A stretch of 64,000 nt of DNA from Oscillospiraceae bacterium (GTDB lineage: Bacteria; Bacillota; Clostridia; Saccharofermentanales; Saccharofermentanaceae). The stretch lies in NCBI GenBank assembly GCA_015069205.1, contig SVIZ01000010.1:15938-79937 (forward strand), given 5' to 3'. The notes under the pieces are model-generated. The model was not told the origin of the DNA and did no database searches. It saw only the letters and a list, made by a program, of their open reading frames with translations. The translations under genes and the position numbers were made by a program. This document shows, one piece after another, positions 29,359-38,707 of the stretch. The first letter of the stretch is position 1; each line of letters begins with the position of its first letter.

Positions 29359-29371
29359 CGGAAGGCAGAAA

Positions 29372-29608
29372 ATGGCATCTGGATTTATAGACATCGGCTT
29401 TGGAAATATCGCACAGGCATCACGCATCATCTGCGTCGCTGCCGCTGAGTCTTCACCCGTAAGACGCATGATGCAGGATTCAAAAGACAGGGGAATGCTC
29501 GTCGACTGCTGTGCCGGTAAGAAGTGCAAGTCGGTAATAGTAACTGACAGCGGACTCGTATTAACATCAGCGCTTGCTACATCAGAGATAAAGGAGATGC
29601 TGGGATGA
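29372..29608 (+). CDS. remA: DUF370 / RemA-family protein
   Basis: IDIGFGNI, ESSPVRRM, GKKCKSVIVTDSG; conserved yicC-remA-gmk-rpoZ order. Confidence 0.88.
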   Translation: MASGFIDIGFGNIAQASRIICVAAAESSPVRRMMQDSKDRGMLVDCCAGKKCKSVIVTDSGLVLTSALATSEIKEMLG

Positions 29609-30228
29609 GTGATTTCAGAGGATTGATAGTAGCAGTATCCGGTCCTTCAGGTGTCGGCAAGGGCACGGTCCTTGCGAGAGTTGAAGAACTTTTGGAACAG
29701 GCTAATCCCGGAAGCGTAGGACATTCGATCTCCGTTACGACGAGAGCTCCGAGAGGCCAGGAAAAAGACGGCGTCGAATATTATTTCAGGACTACGGAAC
29801 AGTTCGAGCAGATGATCAAAGACGGCAAGATAGTCGAGTACGACAAGTATGTTGATAACTACTACGGCACACCGTCAGACCCGCTCGCCGAGATGGTAGG
29901 AAAAGGCCAGGATGTTCTTTTCGATATCACGATAGAAGGCAGTCTCGCGCTCAACAGAAAATTTGACGATGACACGGTCACGATATTCATCCTTCCTCCT
30001 TCAATGGAAGTGCTTGAGAACAGACTGAGGGGAAGAGGCACCGAGACTGAAGAGAAGATACAGAAAAGACTCGAACAGGCAAAGTCAGAGATCAGGCGTG
30101 CAGGTGAATTTGAGTACATAGTAACCAACGACGATATAGAGAAAGCGGCAAGAGACATTCTTGCGATAATCACTGCTGAAAAGCTTAAAGCTTCGAAGAA
30201 TATACACACAGCTAAAGAACTTGAATAA
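29605..30228 (+). CDS. gmk: Guanylate kinase
   Basis: SGPSGVGKGT, SVTTRAPR, YYGTP, RLRGRGTE. Confidence 0.96.
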   Translation: MSDFRGLIVAVSGPSGVGKGTVLARVEELLEQANPGSVGHSISVTTRAPRGQEKDGVEYYFRTTEQFEQMIKDGKIVEYDKYVDNYYGTPSDPLAEMVGKGQDVLFDITIEGSLALNRKFDDDTVTIFILPPSMEVLENRLRGRGTETEEKIQKRLEQAKSEIRRAGEFEYIVTNDDIEKAARDILAIITAEKLKASKNIHTAKELE

Positions 30229-30249
30229 AAGGAGAAGAGAGGTAAAAAG

Positions 30250-30687
30250 ATGTTAACAGATCCTTCAATCGAGAAACTCAAAGAGAAGTCAGCAAGCCCT
30301 TACGACCTTACTGTTTTGGTAAGTAAGCGTGCAAGAGAACTGACAGACGGCGCACAGCCCATGATCGACGGCGAGGGTGCAGCAAATGTTGTATCACTTG
30401 CTTGCCGTGAAGTTGCTGCTGACAAGGTCGTTGCAGTAAAGGGTGATGTAGAGGATGAAGCTGTCATCCCGATCACAAGAGAAGAAAAGATCAGAAGAAG
30501 AGAAGAGGCTGAGAACAGAAGAAAGATGCTCGAGGAAGAAAGAGCAGAGAAAATGTCTGCTTCCGGCGGTCTTAACTCCAAGGGTCTTGATGACCTTATC
30601 AATGCTTTGGCAGGTGGCGCTTCCGAAGAAGAGGAAGTCGTTTACGAAGGCGAAGGCGCTGACGATTCAGCAGAAGACGAAGAATAA
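30250..30687 (+). CDS. rpoZ: RNA polymerase omega subunit with charged C-terminal extension
   Basis: PSIEKL..SPYDLTVLVSKRAREL; follows gmk. Confidence 0.88.
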   Translation: MLTDPSIEKLKEKSASPYDLTVLVSKRARELTDGAQPMIDGEGAANVVSLACREVAADKVVAVKGDVEDEAVIPITREEKIRRREEAENRRKMLEEERAEKMSASGGLNSKGLDDLINALAGGASEEEEVVYEGEGADDSAEDEE

Positions 30688-30711
30688 TCTCAAGGGAGAA
30701 TTTGATTTAGT

Positions 30712-32127
30712 ATGGCAGTAGAGAAAACAATGGATAAGATAGTCTCATTGGCTAAGATCAGAGGCTTTGTTTATCCCGGTTCAGACATCTACGGCGGTCT
30801 CGCAAATTCATGGGACTACGGCCCGTTAGGTGTCCAGCTTAAGAATAACGTTAAGGCAGCATGGTGGAAGAAGTTCGTCCAGGAGAGCCCTTACAATGTA
30901 GGACTCGATGCTGCGATCATCATGAACCCCAAGACATGGGTCGCTTCAGGCCACGTCGGCGGATTCTCCGATCCTCTTATCGACTGCAAGCAGTGCAAGG
31001 CGCGTCAGAGAGCTGATAACCTTATTGAGGATTGGAATAAGGAAAACGGAATCGAGAACGTACCTGTTGAAGGTATGAGCCCTGAAGAGATGGTAGCTTA
31101 CATCAGAGAGAAGAACATTCCCTGTCCTGTATGCGGCGGCCACAACTTCACGGATATCCGTAAGTTCAATCTCATGTTCAAGACATTCATCGGTGTTACC
31201 GAGGATTCAACTTCAGAAGTTTACTTGAGACCTGAGACAGCCCAGGGTATCTTCGTTAACTTCGCTAACGTTCAGCGTTCAGCAAGAAAGAAGATCCCTT
31301 TCGGTATCTGCCAGATCGGTAAGTCTTTCCGTAACGAGATCACACCCGGTAACTTCATCTTCCGTACAAGAGAGTTCGAGCAGATGGAGTTAGAGTTCTT
31401 CTGTGAACCCGGCACAGACCTTGAGTGGTTTGATTACTGGAAGACATTCTGCCACGATTGGCTCATCGACCTCGGTATCAAGGAGTCTGAACTCCGTACA
31501 AGAGACCACGCAAAAGAAGAGCTCGCTTTCTATTCCAGAGCTACTACAGACTTCGAGTTTGCTTTCCCTTTCACAGACTGGGGCGAACTCTGGGGTATCG
31601 CTGACCGTACTGATTACGATCTTAAGCAGCACATGGAATTCTCCAAGCAGGATCTCTCATACTTCGATCCCGCAAAGAACGAGAAGTATGTTCCTTACGT
31701 TATCGAGCCTTCGCTCGGCGCTGACCGTGTAACTCTCGCTTTCCTCTGCTCTGCTTACGATGAGGAAGAGCTCGAAGGCGGCGACGTTAGAACAGTTATG
31801 CACTTCCATCCTTTCCTCGCACCCATCAAGATCGGTGTGCTCCCGCTTTCTGCAAAGCTCACTGATAAGGCTCAGCCTATTTTCGAGAAGCTCTCGAAAA
31901 AGTACATGTGCGAGCTTGATGACCGTCAGTCGATCGGTAAGCGCTACAGAAGACAGGACGAGATCGGTACTCCTTACTGCGTAGTTTACGATTTCGATTC
32001 CGAGAATGACGGCTGCGTAACCATCAGAGAAAGAGACTCAATGAAGAACGTCGAGTACGAGCCCGGAAACATCAGATTCCCTATCGATAAACTCGATGAA
32101 TTTTTCTCAGATAAGTTCGATTTTTAA
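30712..32127 (+). CDS. glyQS: Glycine--tRNA ligase (class II, homodimeric)
   Basis: [51 protein letters not shown]. Confidence 0.96.
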   Translation: MAVEKTMDKIVSLAKIRGFVYPGSDIYGGLANSWDYGPLGVQLKNNVKAAWWKKFVQESPYNVGLDAAIIMNPKTWVASGHVGGFSDPLIDCKQCKARQRADNLIEDWNKENGIENVPVEGMSPEEMVAYIREKNIPCPVCGGHNFTDIRKFNLMFKTFIGVTEDSTSEVYLRPETAQGIFVNFANVQRSARKKIPFGICQIGKSFRNEITPGNFIFRTREFEQMELEFFCEPGTDLEWFDYWKTFCHDWLIDLGIKESELRTRDHAKEELAFYSRATTDFEFAFPFTDWGELWGIADRTDYDLKQHMEFSKQDLSYFDPAKNEKYVPYVIEPSLGADRVTLAFLCSAYDEEELEGGDVRTVMHFHPFLAPIKIGVLPLSAKLTDKAQPIFEKLSKKYMCELDDRQSIGKRYRRQDEIGTPYCVVYDFDSENDGCVTIRERDSMKNVEYEPGNIRFPIDKLDEFFSDKFDF

Positions 32128-32224
32128 GGAGCATATCTGTTAAAATAAACTGATAAGTTTTTAGCGGGCTAAACAGCCACATGAGAAACAAAAGAATCCA
32201 ATAAATGAAAGGCGGATAAAAAGA

Positions 32225-34858
32225 ATGACAAAGTACGTTTACCTGTTCACCGAAGGCAACGGAAACATGCGCGAACTCCTCGGAGGTAAGGGCGCTAACC
32301 TTGCTGAGATGACAAACATCGGTCTTCCTGTTCCTCAGGGATTCACGATCACCACAGAGGCTTGCACAAAGTACTACGAAGACGGTCGTCAGATCAATGA
32401 CGAGATCATGGGCCAGGTTATGGAGTACATCGTAAAGCTCGAAGAGATCACAGGCAAGAAGTTTGGTGATCTAGAGAACCCGCTCCTCGTTTCCGTAAGA
32501 TCCGGTGCAAGAGCATCAATGCCTGGTATGATGGACACAATCCTCAACCTCGGTCTTAACGAGCAGGTTGTTGACGTTATCGCTACAAAGTCCGGTAACC
32601 CCAGATGGGCTTGGGACTGCTACAGAAGATTCATCCAGATGTATTCCGACGTTGTTATGGAAGTCGGTAAGAAGTATTTCGAAGAGCTCATCGACAAGAT
32701 GAAGGCTGAAAGAGGAGTTAAGCAGGACGTTGAGCTTACAGCTGACGACCTCAAGGAACTCGCTTCACAGTTCAAGGCTGAGTACAAGGCAAAGATCGGT
32801 TCTGATTTCCCTACAGATCCTAAGGAGCAGCTCGTTGGCGCTATCAAGGCCGTATTCAGATCATGGGACAACCCGAGAGCTAACGTTTACAGAAGAGACA
32901 ACGATATCCCTTATTCATGGGGTACAGCAGTTAACGTTCAGTCCATGGCATTCGGTAACATGGGTGACGATTGCGGTACAGGCGTTGCTTTCACAAGAGA
33001 CCCTGCTACAGGTGAGAAGGGACTTTTCGGTGAGTTCCTCACAAACGCACAGGGCGAGGACGTTGTTGCAGGTGTTCGTACTCCTATGAAGATCGCTGAG
33101 ATGGAGCAGAAGTTCCCTGAAGCATTCGCTCAGTTCACAAAGGTTTGCGAGACTCTCGAAAAGCATTACAGAGACATGCAGGACATGGAGTTCACAGTTG
33201 AGCACGGTAAGCTCTACATGCTCCAGACAAGAAACGGTAAGAGAACAGCTCAGGCTGCTATGAAGATCGCTTGCGACCTCGTTGACGAAGGTATGAGAAC
33301 ACCTGAGGAAGCAGTTGCAATGATTGATCCCCGTAACCTCGATACACTCCTTCACCCTCAGTTCGATCCCGCTGCTCTTAAGGCTGCAGAGGCAATCGGC
33401 AAGGGACTCGGTGCTTCTCCGGGAGCTGCTTGCGGTAAGATCGTATTCACAGCTGACGATGCAGTAGCTTGGCACGACAGAGGAGAGAAGGTAGTCCTCG
33501 TAAGACTTGAGACATCTCCTGAAGACATCACAGGTATGAAGGCTGCAGAAGGTATCCTCACAGTACGTGGCGGTATGACATCACACGCTGCAGTTGTTGC
33601 ACGTGGTATGGGTGAGTGCTGCGTTTCCGGTTGCGGCGACATCGCTATGGACGAAGCTAACAAGCAGTTCACACTCGCTGGCAAGACATTCAAGGAAGGT
33701 GACATCATCTCCCTCGACGGTTCTACAGGTAAGATCTACGATGGCGCTATCGCTCAGGTTGACGCTGATCCTAACAATGGTTACTTCGGCCGCATCATGA
33801 AGTGGGCTGACGAGTTCAAGAGACTCGAAGTACGTACAAACGCTGATACACCTAACGATGCTAAGAAGGCTCGTGAGCTCGGAGCTGAAGGTATAGGTCT
33901 CTGCCGTACAGAGCACATGTTCTTCGGTGAAGGCAGAATCGACGCATTCCGTGAGATGATCTGCTCCGATACAGTTGAAGAGCGTGAAGCTGCTCTCGCA
34001 GTTATCCTTCCCATGCAGCAGTCCGACTTCGAAGCTCTCTATGAGGCACTCGAGGGTCATCCCGTTACGATCAGATTCCTTGACCCGCCGCTTCACGAAT
34101 TCGTTCCTACAGAAGAGGCTGACATCAAGGCACTCGCTGATAAGAAGGGTAAGTCTGTAGAAGAGATCAAGACATTGATTTCTTCACTCCACGAGTTCAA
34201 CCCTATGATGGGTCACAGAGGATGCCGTCTCGCAGTTACATATCCTGAGATCGCAAAGATGCAGACAAGAGCAGTTATCCGCGCTGCTATCAACGTTAAC
34301 GCAAAGCATCCCGACTGGAAGGTAACACCTGAGATCATGATCCCGCTCGTATGCGAGATCAAGGAGCTCGTAAACGTTAAGAAGGTAGTCGTAGAGGTTG
34401 CTGACGAAGAGATCAAGGCTGCAGGCGTAGACATGTCCTACAAGGTAGGTACAATGATCGAGATCCCCAGAGCTGCTCTTACAGCTGACGAGATCGCTAA
34501 GGAAGCTGAATTCTTCTGCTTTGGTACAAACGACCTTACACAGATGACATTCGGTTTCTCCAGAGACGACGCAGGCAAGTTCCTCACAGCTTACTATGAG
34601 GCAAAGATCTTCGAGTCCGATCCGTTCGCACGTCTCGACCAGAACGGCGTAGGCAAGCTCATGAAGATGGCTATCGAGTCCGGTAAGGCAGTACGTCCTG
34701 ACCTCCACCTCGGTATCTGCGGCGAGCACGGCGGCGACCCGACATCTGTTGAGTTCTGCGATGAGATCGGTTTGGATTATGTATCCTGCTCACCTTTCCG
34801 TGTACCGATCGCTAGACTTGCTGCTGCACAGGCTGCAATCCGCCATTCGAGGAAATAA
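32225..34858 (+). CDS. ppdK: Pyruvate, phosphate dikinase (last five codons supplied by the integrated element)
   Basis: LLGGKGANL, SVRSGA, GGMTSHAA (phospho-His), GLCRTEHMF, GICGEHGG. Confidence 0.98.
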   Translation: MTKYVYLFTEGNGNMRELLGGKGANLAEMTNIGLPVPQGFTITTEACTKYYEDGRQINDEIMGQVMEYIVKLEEITGKKFGDLENPLLVSVRSGARASMPGMMDTILNLGLNEQVVDVIATKSGNPRWAWDCYRRFIQMYSDVVMEVGKKYFEELIDKMKAERGVKQDVELTADDLKELASQFKAEYKAKIGSDFPTDPKEQLVGAIKAVFRSWDNPRANVYRRDNDIPYSWGTAVNVQSMAFGNMGDDCGTGVAFTRDPATGEKGLFGEFLTNAQGEDVVAGVRTPMKIAEMEQKFPEAFAQFTKVCETLEKHYRDMQDMEFTVEHGKLYMLQTRNGKRTAQAAMKIACDLVDEGMRTPEEAVAMIDPRNLDTLLHPQFDPAALKAAEAIGKGLGASPGAACGKIVFTADDAVAWHDRGEKVVLVRLETSPEDITGMKAAEGILTVRGGMTSHAAVVARGMGECCVSGCGDIAMDEANKQFTLAGKTFKEGDIISLDGSTGKIYDGAIAQVDADPNNGYFGRIMKWADEFKRLEVRTNADTPNDAKKARELGAEGIGLCRTEHMFFGEGRIDAFREMICSDTVEEREAALAVILPMQQSDFEALYEALEGHPVTIRFLDPPLHEFVPTEEADIKALADKKGKSVEEIKTLISSLHEFNPMMGHRGCRLAVTYPEIAKMQTRAVIRAAINVNAKHPDWKVTPEIMIPLVCEIKELVNVKKVVVEVADEEIKAAGVDMSYKVGTMIEIPRAALTADEIAKEAEFFCFGTNDLTQMTFGFSRDDAGKFLTAYYEAKIFESDPFARLDQNGVGKLMKMAIESGKAVRPDLHLGICGEHGGDPTSVEFCDEIGLDYVSCSPFRVPIARLAAAQAAIRHSRK
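34826..34840 (+). repeat. attL core GCACAGGCTGCAATC in the ppdK 3' end
   Basis: Identical 15-mer at 42143-42157; the part from CA onward recurs at 43736. Confidence 0.9.
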
Positions 34859-34988
34859 GCCACGTAAGTCATATTACTTTATGACCTTGTATGTAACTAA
34901 AGAGGACGTTATGCGGTATTTCGCGAACGTTCCGGAGTACACAAAAGTCAATGCGTACAAGGACATGAGAATTGATATTTACATTTAA
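34842..34988 (+). other. Stranded 3' fragment (48 codons) of the element's serine recombinase, int(C)
   Basis: In the recombinase frame the att core reads HRLQS and continues AIRGNKPRKSYYFMTLYVTKEDVMRYFANVPEYTKVNAYKDMRIDIYI*, ending right at the terminator. Confidence 0.75.
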
Positions 34989-35023
34989 AATATGCCCGGA
35001 GCTTAAGTGCTTCGGGCATATTT
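34988..35023 (+). terminator. Terminator copy 1 (serves ppdK when integrated, the recombinase when circular)
   Basis: AAATATGCCCGGAGC-ttaagt-GCTTCGGGCATATTT plus GTTTTTT. Confidence 0.9.
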
Positions 35024-35159
35024 GTTTTTTAATTTATCATTGGGTGTTAATGATATAATTTTTTATTGAAGTGAAAAATTTAAAAGTATTTCTCGAACCA
35101 CCCAAGAAATCATATCCGTTATTCGTCTATTAGATAGATGCGGATAGAAAGGAGACAAA

Positions 35160-36629
35160 ATGATGACCGACAAGGAACTCGAGCAGATCTATAACGAAGC
35201 CTATAAAGCAGTGTACTGGACAGCCTTAGGATTACTTAAGAATGAGGCTGATGCAGAGGACATTGTACAGGACACTTTCGTTACTTTGATCGAATCTTAC
35301 GATTCAATCAAAGATAAGAGCAAGGTTATATCCTGGCTTAAAAAGACTGCTGCCAATAAGTGTCTGGATCGCATAAAACTTGCGAAAACAGACAATATGG
35401 ACGAAGAGTTCTTTGACAGCGTTGAAGCTGTTCCGGAGGATTTCCTGCCTGATTCTATTATTGAGTCGGAAGATGCTCGCAGGATCGTTATGGATATCAT
35501 CAACAACAAATTATCTGATGATATTAGAAGAACACTTATCCTGTTCTACTTTGACGATATGAGCACAAAAGAGATCGCGGAAGCGCTCGGAATTCCACAG
35601 GGTACAGTCTCGTGGCGTCTGAATTTTGCCAAGAAAACAATCAAGAAGGAGGTCGAGAAGTATGAAGAAGAAAACAAGACGAAGTTGTTTAGCATGGCAG
35701 CACCATTCTTAAGCAAGCTATTTATAAAAGAAGCAGAGCAGGTACCATTCAAGGCCATACCTGCAAAACTGATATCTTTGTCCGCATCTGCAGAGGCTTC
35801 AAAAGCCGGATCAAACATTGCTATAAAGGCAGTAAAGAAAGGGACAGATATTATGAAAACAAAAATCTTGATTGGCAGCGTTGCTGCTGTGGTTGCAGTT
35901 GGTGCAACAGTTGGAATAATCCTCGGAGTAATGAACAAAAAGCCGGAGGAAAAGCCTGTTATCTCAGATACAACATCGATCTCTGAGGTGAATGAAGTTA
36001 CTGAGGTAAATAATGAAAGTGTTACGGAAGCGACTTCTGGCGGTAGTTCTGAGACATCGCCAGCGGGAGCCAGGTGGATTGATAGTAACCGCTGTATCGT
36101 TAACGGTCACGAGATAGTGATTGGTCAGAGCACCGTGCAGGAACTGGTTGACAGTTGTTATATTGTTGTTCATGATGCAAAGGCTGATCCCGGAGAACCT
36201 CAGCTTCAAAGCCAGGATTATACTTTGGATACTGTGGTCTCACAGGCTGACAGGAATGTTTTGAGGTATTTAGGAATTTGGGCTTTCCCGGATGAAGCAT
36301 CGGCTGCTTCGAAAGAAAATGCGGTTCTCTTCAGCTTCCGTCTTCCTGAGGATGGTGAAAAGCCCATAAGAGACTGCATTATCGGTTCGTTTTATGTCGA
36401 TCTCAGGACGGAAGTTATTGAGATCTGGGGAGACAATCTGCAGTTAGATTTTCCGTTTACAATGACTCTAAATGATCTTGTGGAAAACTCAGGAGAAGGA
36501 ACTCCTACTGGAATGCCAAACGCTTACGCTTATTATACAGATCCTTTGGCGGGCACATGGTGGACATTCGATTTCGATGATAACGATGAGAAGTTAGAGA
36601 CTGTTTCTTTTTCAACTCCTTTTTTCTGA
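35160..36629 (+). CDS. ECF sigma-70 factor fused to a TM helix and an extracytoplasmic domain
   Basis: Region 2 DAEDIVQDTF..SWLKKTAANKCLD; region 4 MSTKEIAEALGIPQGTVSWRL; TM ILIGSVAAVVAVGATVGIILGVM. Confidence 0.88.
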   Translation: MMTDKELEQIYNEAYKAVYWTALGLLKNEADAEDIVQDTFVTLIESYDSIKDKSKVISWLKKTAANKCLDRIKLAKTDNMDEEFFDSVEAVPEDFLPDSIIESEDARRIVMDIINNKLSDDIRRTLILFYFDDMSTKEIAEALGIPQGTVSWRLNFAKKTIKKEVEKYEEENKTKLFSMAAPFLSKLFIKEAEQVPFKAIPAKLISLSASAEASKAGSNIAIKAVKKGTDIMKTKILIGSVAAVVAVGATVGIILGVMNKKPEEKPVISDTTSISEVNEVTEVNNESVTEATSGGSSETSPAGARWIDSNRCIVNGHEIVIGQSTVQELVDSCYIVVHDAKADPGEPQLQSQDYTLDTVVSQADRNVLRYLGIWAFPDEASAASKENAVLFSFRLPEDGEKPIRDCIIGSFYVDLRTEVIEIWGDNLQLDFPFTMTLNDLVENSGEGTPTGMPNAYAYYTDPLAGTWWTFDFDDNDEKLETVSFSTPFF

Positions 36630-36657
36630 ACTTAATCAAGTCAAAATAACGCAAAAA

Positions 36658-36682
36658 CATCCCGAGAATATATCTCGGGATG
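36658..36682 (+). terminator. Hairpin after the ECF fusion gene
   Basis: CATCCCGAGA-atata-TCTCGGGATG; lacks a strong U-tract. Confidence 0.55.
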
Positions 36683-36709
36683 CCAATAATTAATAAGAGG
36701 TAGAAATTT

Positions 36710-37474
36710 ATGAAAAGAATCACGACACTTATTTTAGCTGGATCTATGGTGCTTGCCTTCTGCGCGTGCGCGCCTAAGGATCAATCAGGAACGGAAGATA
36801 AGAATTCTGCTGAACAAACAATAGAAAGCATTACTGAAGCGATTTCAGGAGAAGGCGCGAAGAACAGTTCCGAAGCAGATTCCGAATTTGGATCTGCAGG
36901 CAGAAAATATGTCAACTTCAATGACCTGAAGGTGAAAATCAACGGAAAAGTAATCACTATGAATCAGTCCACTGTACAAGATCTTGTTGATATAGGCTGC
37001 TATGTAAATCCTCACCTGTTGGATAGAAGTGTTGCTTACGGCAATAAAGTCGGCGACAGCGTAGAAGCAGGACAGCTGGTGTATATGACTGTTTTTGATA
37101 TGGATGATGAAGAAAATAGGCCTTCCGGACAGAATGCAAATCGTCCAATAGTTTTCATTGCAAAAGCAGAGACAGCAGGCACTATTTCTGAGTGTGTAAT
37201 ATGTGGTGTCCATTTTAGAACCGAGGATATAATTGCATGGGAAGATGAAATAGAGTTTGAGTTCCCTCTCGACCTCACGTCTGAAGAATTAGTAAAAGAC
37301 TCAGGAGAAGCTTCTTCAGTTGAAACTGGTACAACCGAATCATGGTACCGGTATGAATCTGAGGATAGTTCAATGGTATTCCATTTTAGGAATGGGTCCT
37401 TAATTAGTATTATGGCTGAGTTTGATGAAGGCTCGATCATTGACCTGCAAAAGGGTTTGATCAGCGCCACGTAA
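36710..37474 (+). CDS. Lipoprotein sharing a domain with the ECF fusion C-terminus
   Basis: Signal peptide ending LAFCA-C; INGKVITMNQSTVQDLVD versus VNGHEIVIGQSTVQELVD in 35160-36629. Confidence 0.8.
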   Translation: MKRITTLILAGSMVLAFCACAPKDQSGTEDKNSAEQTIESITEAISGEGAKNSSEADSEFGSAGRKYVNFNDLKVKINGKVITMNQSTVQDLVDIGCYVNPHLLDRSVAYGNKVGDSVEAGQLVYMTVFDMDDEENRPSGQNANRPIVFIAKAETAGTISECVICGVHFRTEDIIAWEDEIEFEFPLDLTSEELVKDSGEASSVETGTTESWYRYESEDSSMVFHFRNGSLISIMAEFDEGSIIDLQKGLISAT

Positions 37475-37539
37475 CGAAATTCGTACAGACGAGTTATGGA
37501 CACTCATCCGGCTCACATCAACACAATAAAGGTGCAAGT

Positions 37540-37571
37540 AATAAGCGGGATCTTAATTGACCCCGCTTATT
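37540..37571. terminator. Terminator hairpin after the cargo genes
   Basis: AATAAGCGGG...CCCGCTTATT. Confidence 0.75.
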
Positions 37572-38289
37572 CTATAAATGATACTTAAACTATAATTGCA
37601 ATTCGTTCCGAATTCATTATGAATTGGTGAACCATGGCAGGGTTCAAAAGTGAACCGTGCATTACATTGAACTTATAACACTTGAATATATTAAGTTGAA
37701 AAGGTAGTAGTTATCTATAGTAGAGTACTATAACTAAATATAAGTACATGCTGTTTTCAGAAGCAGAAATATGATTCTCATATATAGTATGAATACTTAT
37801 CAGTGATTGTCTCACTTCCGGTTATGAAATTAGTTGTAGGTTATGCGATAACCTTTTTGTTTTTCAACCCAACATAATAATGTTTTCCCAGAATATTGAC
37901 ATTGGCTGTTGCATATTGATGTGCCAGAAACAATCTAAACAAATTAATGGGACATATTTAACCAAAAACAAACATAAGTTCTTGACAAAGGCGTCTTAGC
38001 GTGATATATCTGTGTTCACGTACATCGCTTAACTGTATCTTGTATTCAGAAGATGACAGTAATAAAGTGACCATTTTGCGGACGGATATATAATGTTCAG
38101 GCATTTTGATGCCAGGATCCATGACAAGCAAAAGGCACCAACAAGTTTGATACTTCATTCTTCCTTTGAGGACAACTATGTCTGGAAGATAAGTTTCGAC
38201 GTGTTGGTGTTTTTTTATTTTCTGTCTTTTCAATTCAAGGTGACACAATTTTACGCTACGAACTAAAAGAAAAGTCGTTCATTCTTTTG

Positions 38290-38355
38290 GTTTAAGGCAA
38301 GCATCGCGTCCGTGTACACAAGGACGCAACTTATCGGGCAGAAGCCCGAACCCAC
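38290..38355. other. Probable oriT
   Basis: Minus strand reads GATGCTTGCC (38296-38305), resembling the pC221-type MOBP nick region; adjacent inverted repeats GCGTCC/GGACGC and TCGGGC/GCCCGA directly upstream of mobC. Confidence 0.65.
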
Positions 38356-38380
38356 TTTTATTTACAGGAGGTGATTCACA

Positions 38381-38707
38381 ATGACAAAAGAGAAAAACAA
38401 GACCAAAAATCTGCATATTCGTTTGTCAGAAAATGACTTTGAACTTATTAGGAAAAAGGCTTTGTCATCCTATTTGACTGTTACTGATTATGTGACTAAG
38501 TGTTGTCTTGAGAAACAGATATTCGTCATTGAAGGTATCGATGAAGTGATACGGCAGCAGAAATATGTTGGCAACAACCTCAATCAGCTCACAAGAATTG
38601 CAAACAGCGGGGCGGTAAATGTAGTCGGTCTCGATGAAGTTAAAAACGAATATGCAAAGGTTACAGGGAAATTGAATGAGATCCTTGAACGTGGAAGGTG
38701 GCGCTGA
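38381..38707 (+). CDS. mobC: Relaxosome accessory protein MobC
   Basis: RHH-like NLHIRLSENDFELI and GNNLNQL motif; stop overlaps the relaxase start (TGATG). Confidence 0.92.
   Translation: MTKEKNKTKNLHIRLSENDFELIRKKALSSYLTVTDYVTKCCLEKQIFVIEGIDEVIRQQKYVGNNLNQLTRIANSGAVNVVGLDEVKNEYAKVTGKLNEILERGRWR

Noticed and set aside
32620-34729. Long minus-strand ORFs over ppdK (and similar ones over rplA, rplL, glyQS and others)
   Set aside because: Antisense shadows of codon-biased genes; no RBS or motifs
34749-34841. ORF-track 79-aa gene starting at 34749
   Set aside because: Its 5' part is an off-frame read of ppdK; only 34842-34988 is meaningful, as the stranded integrase tail
37958-38248. 96-aa minus-strand ORF as an excisionase or rep gene
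   Set aside because: No recognisable motif or RBS; overlaps a plus-strand promoter and structured region
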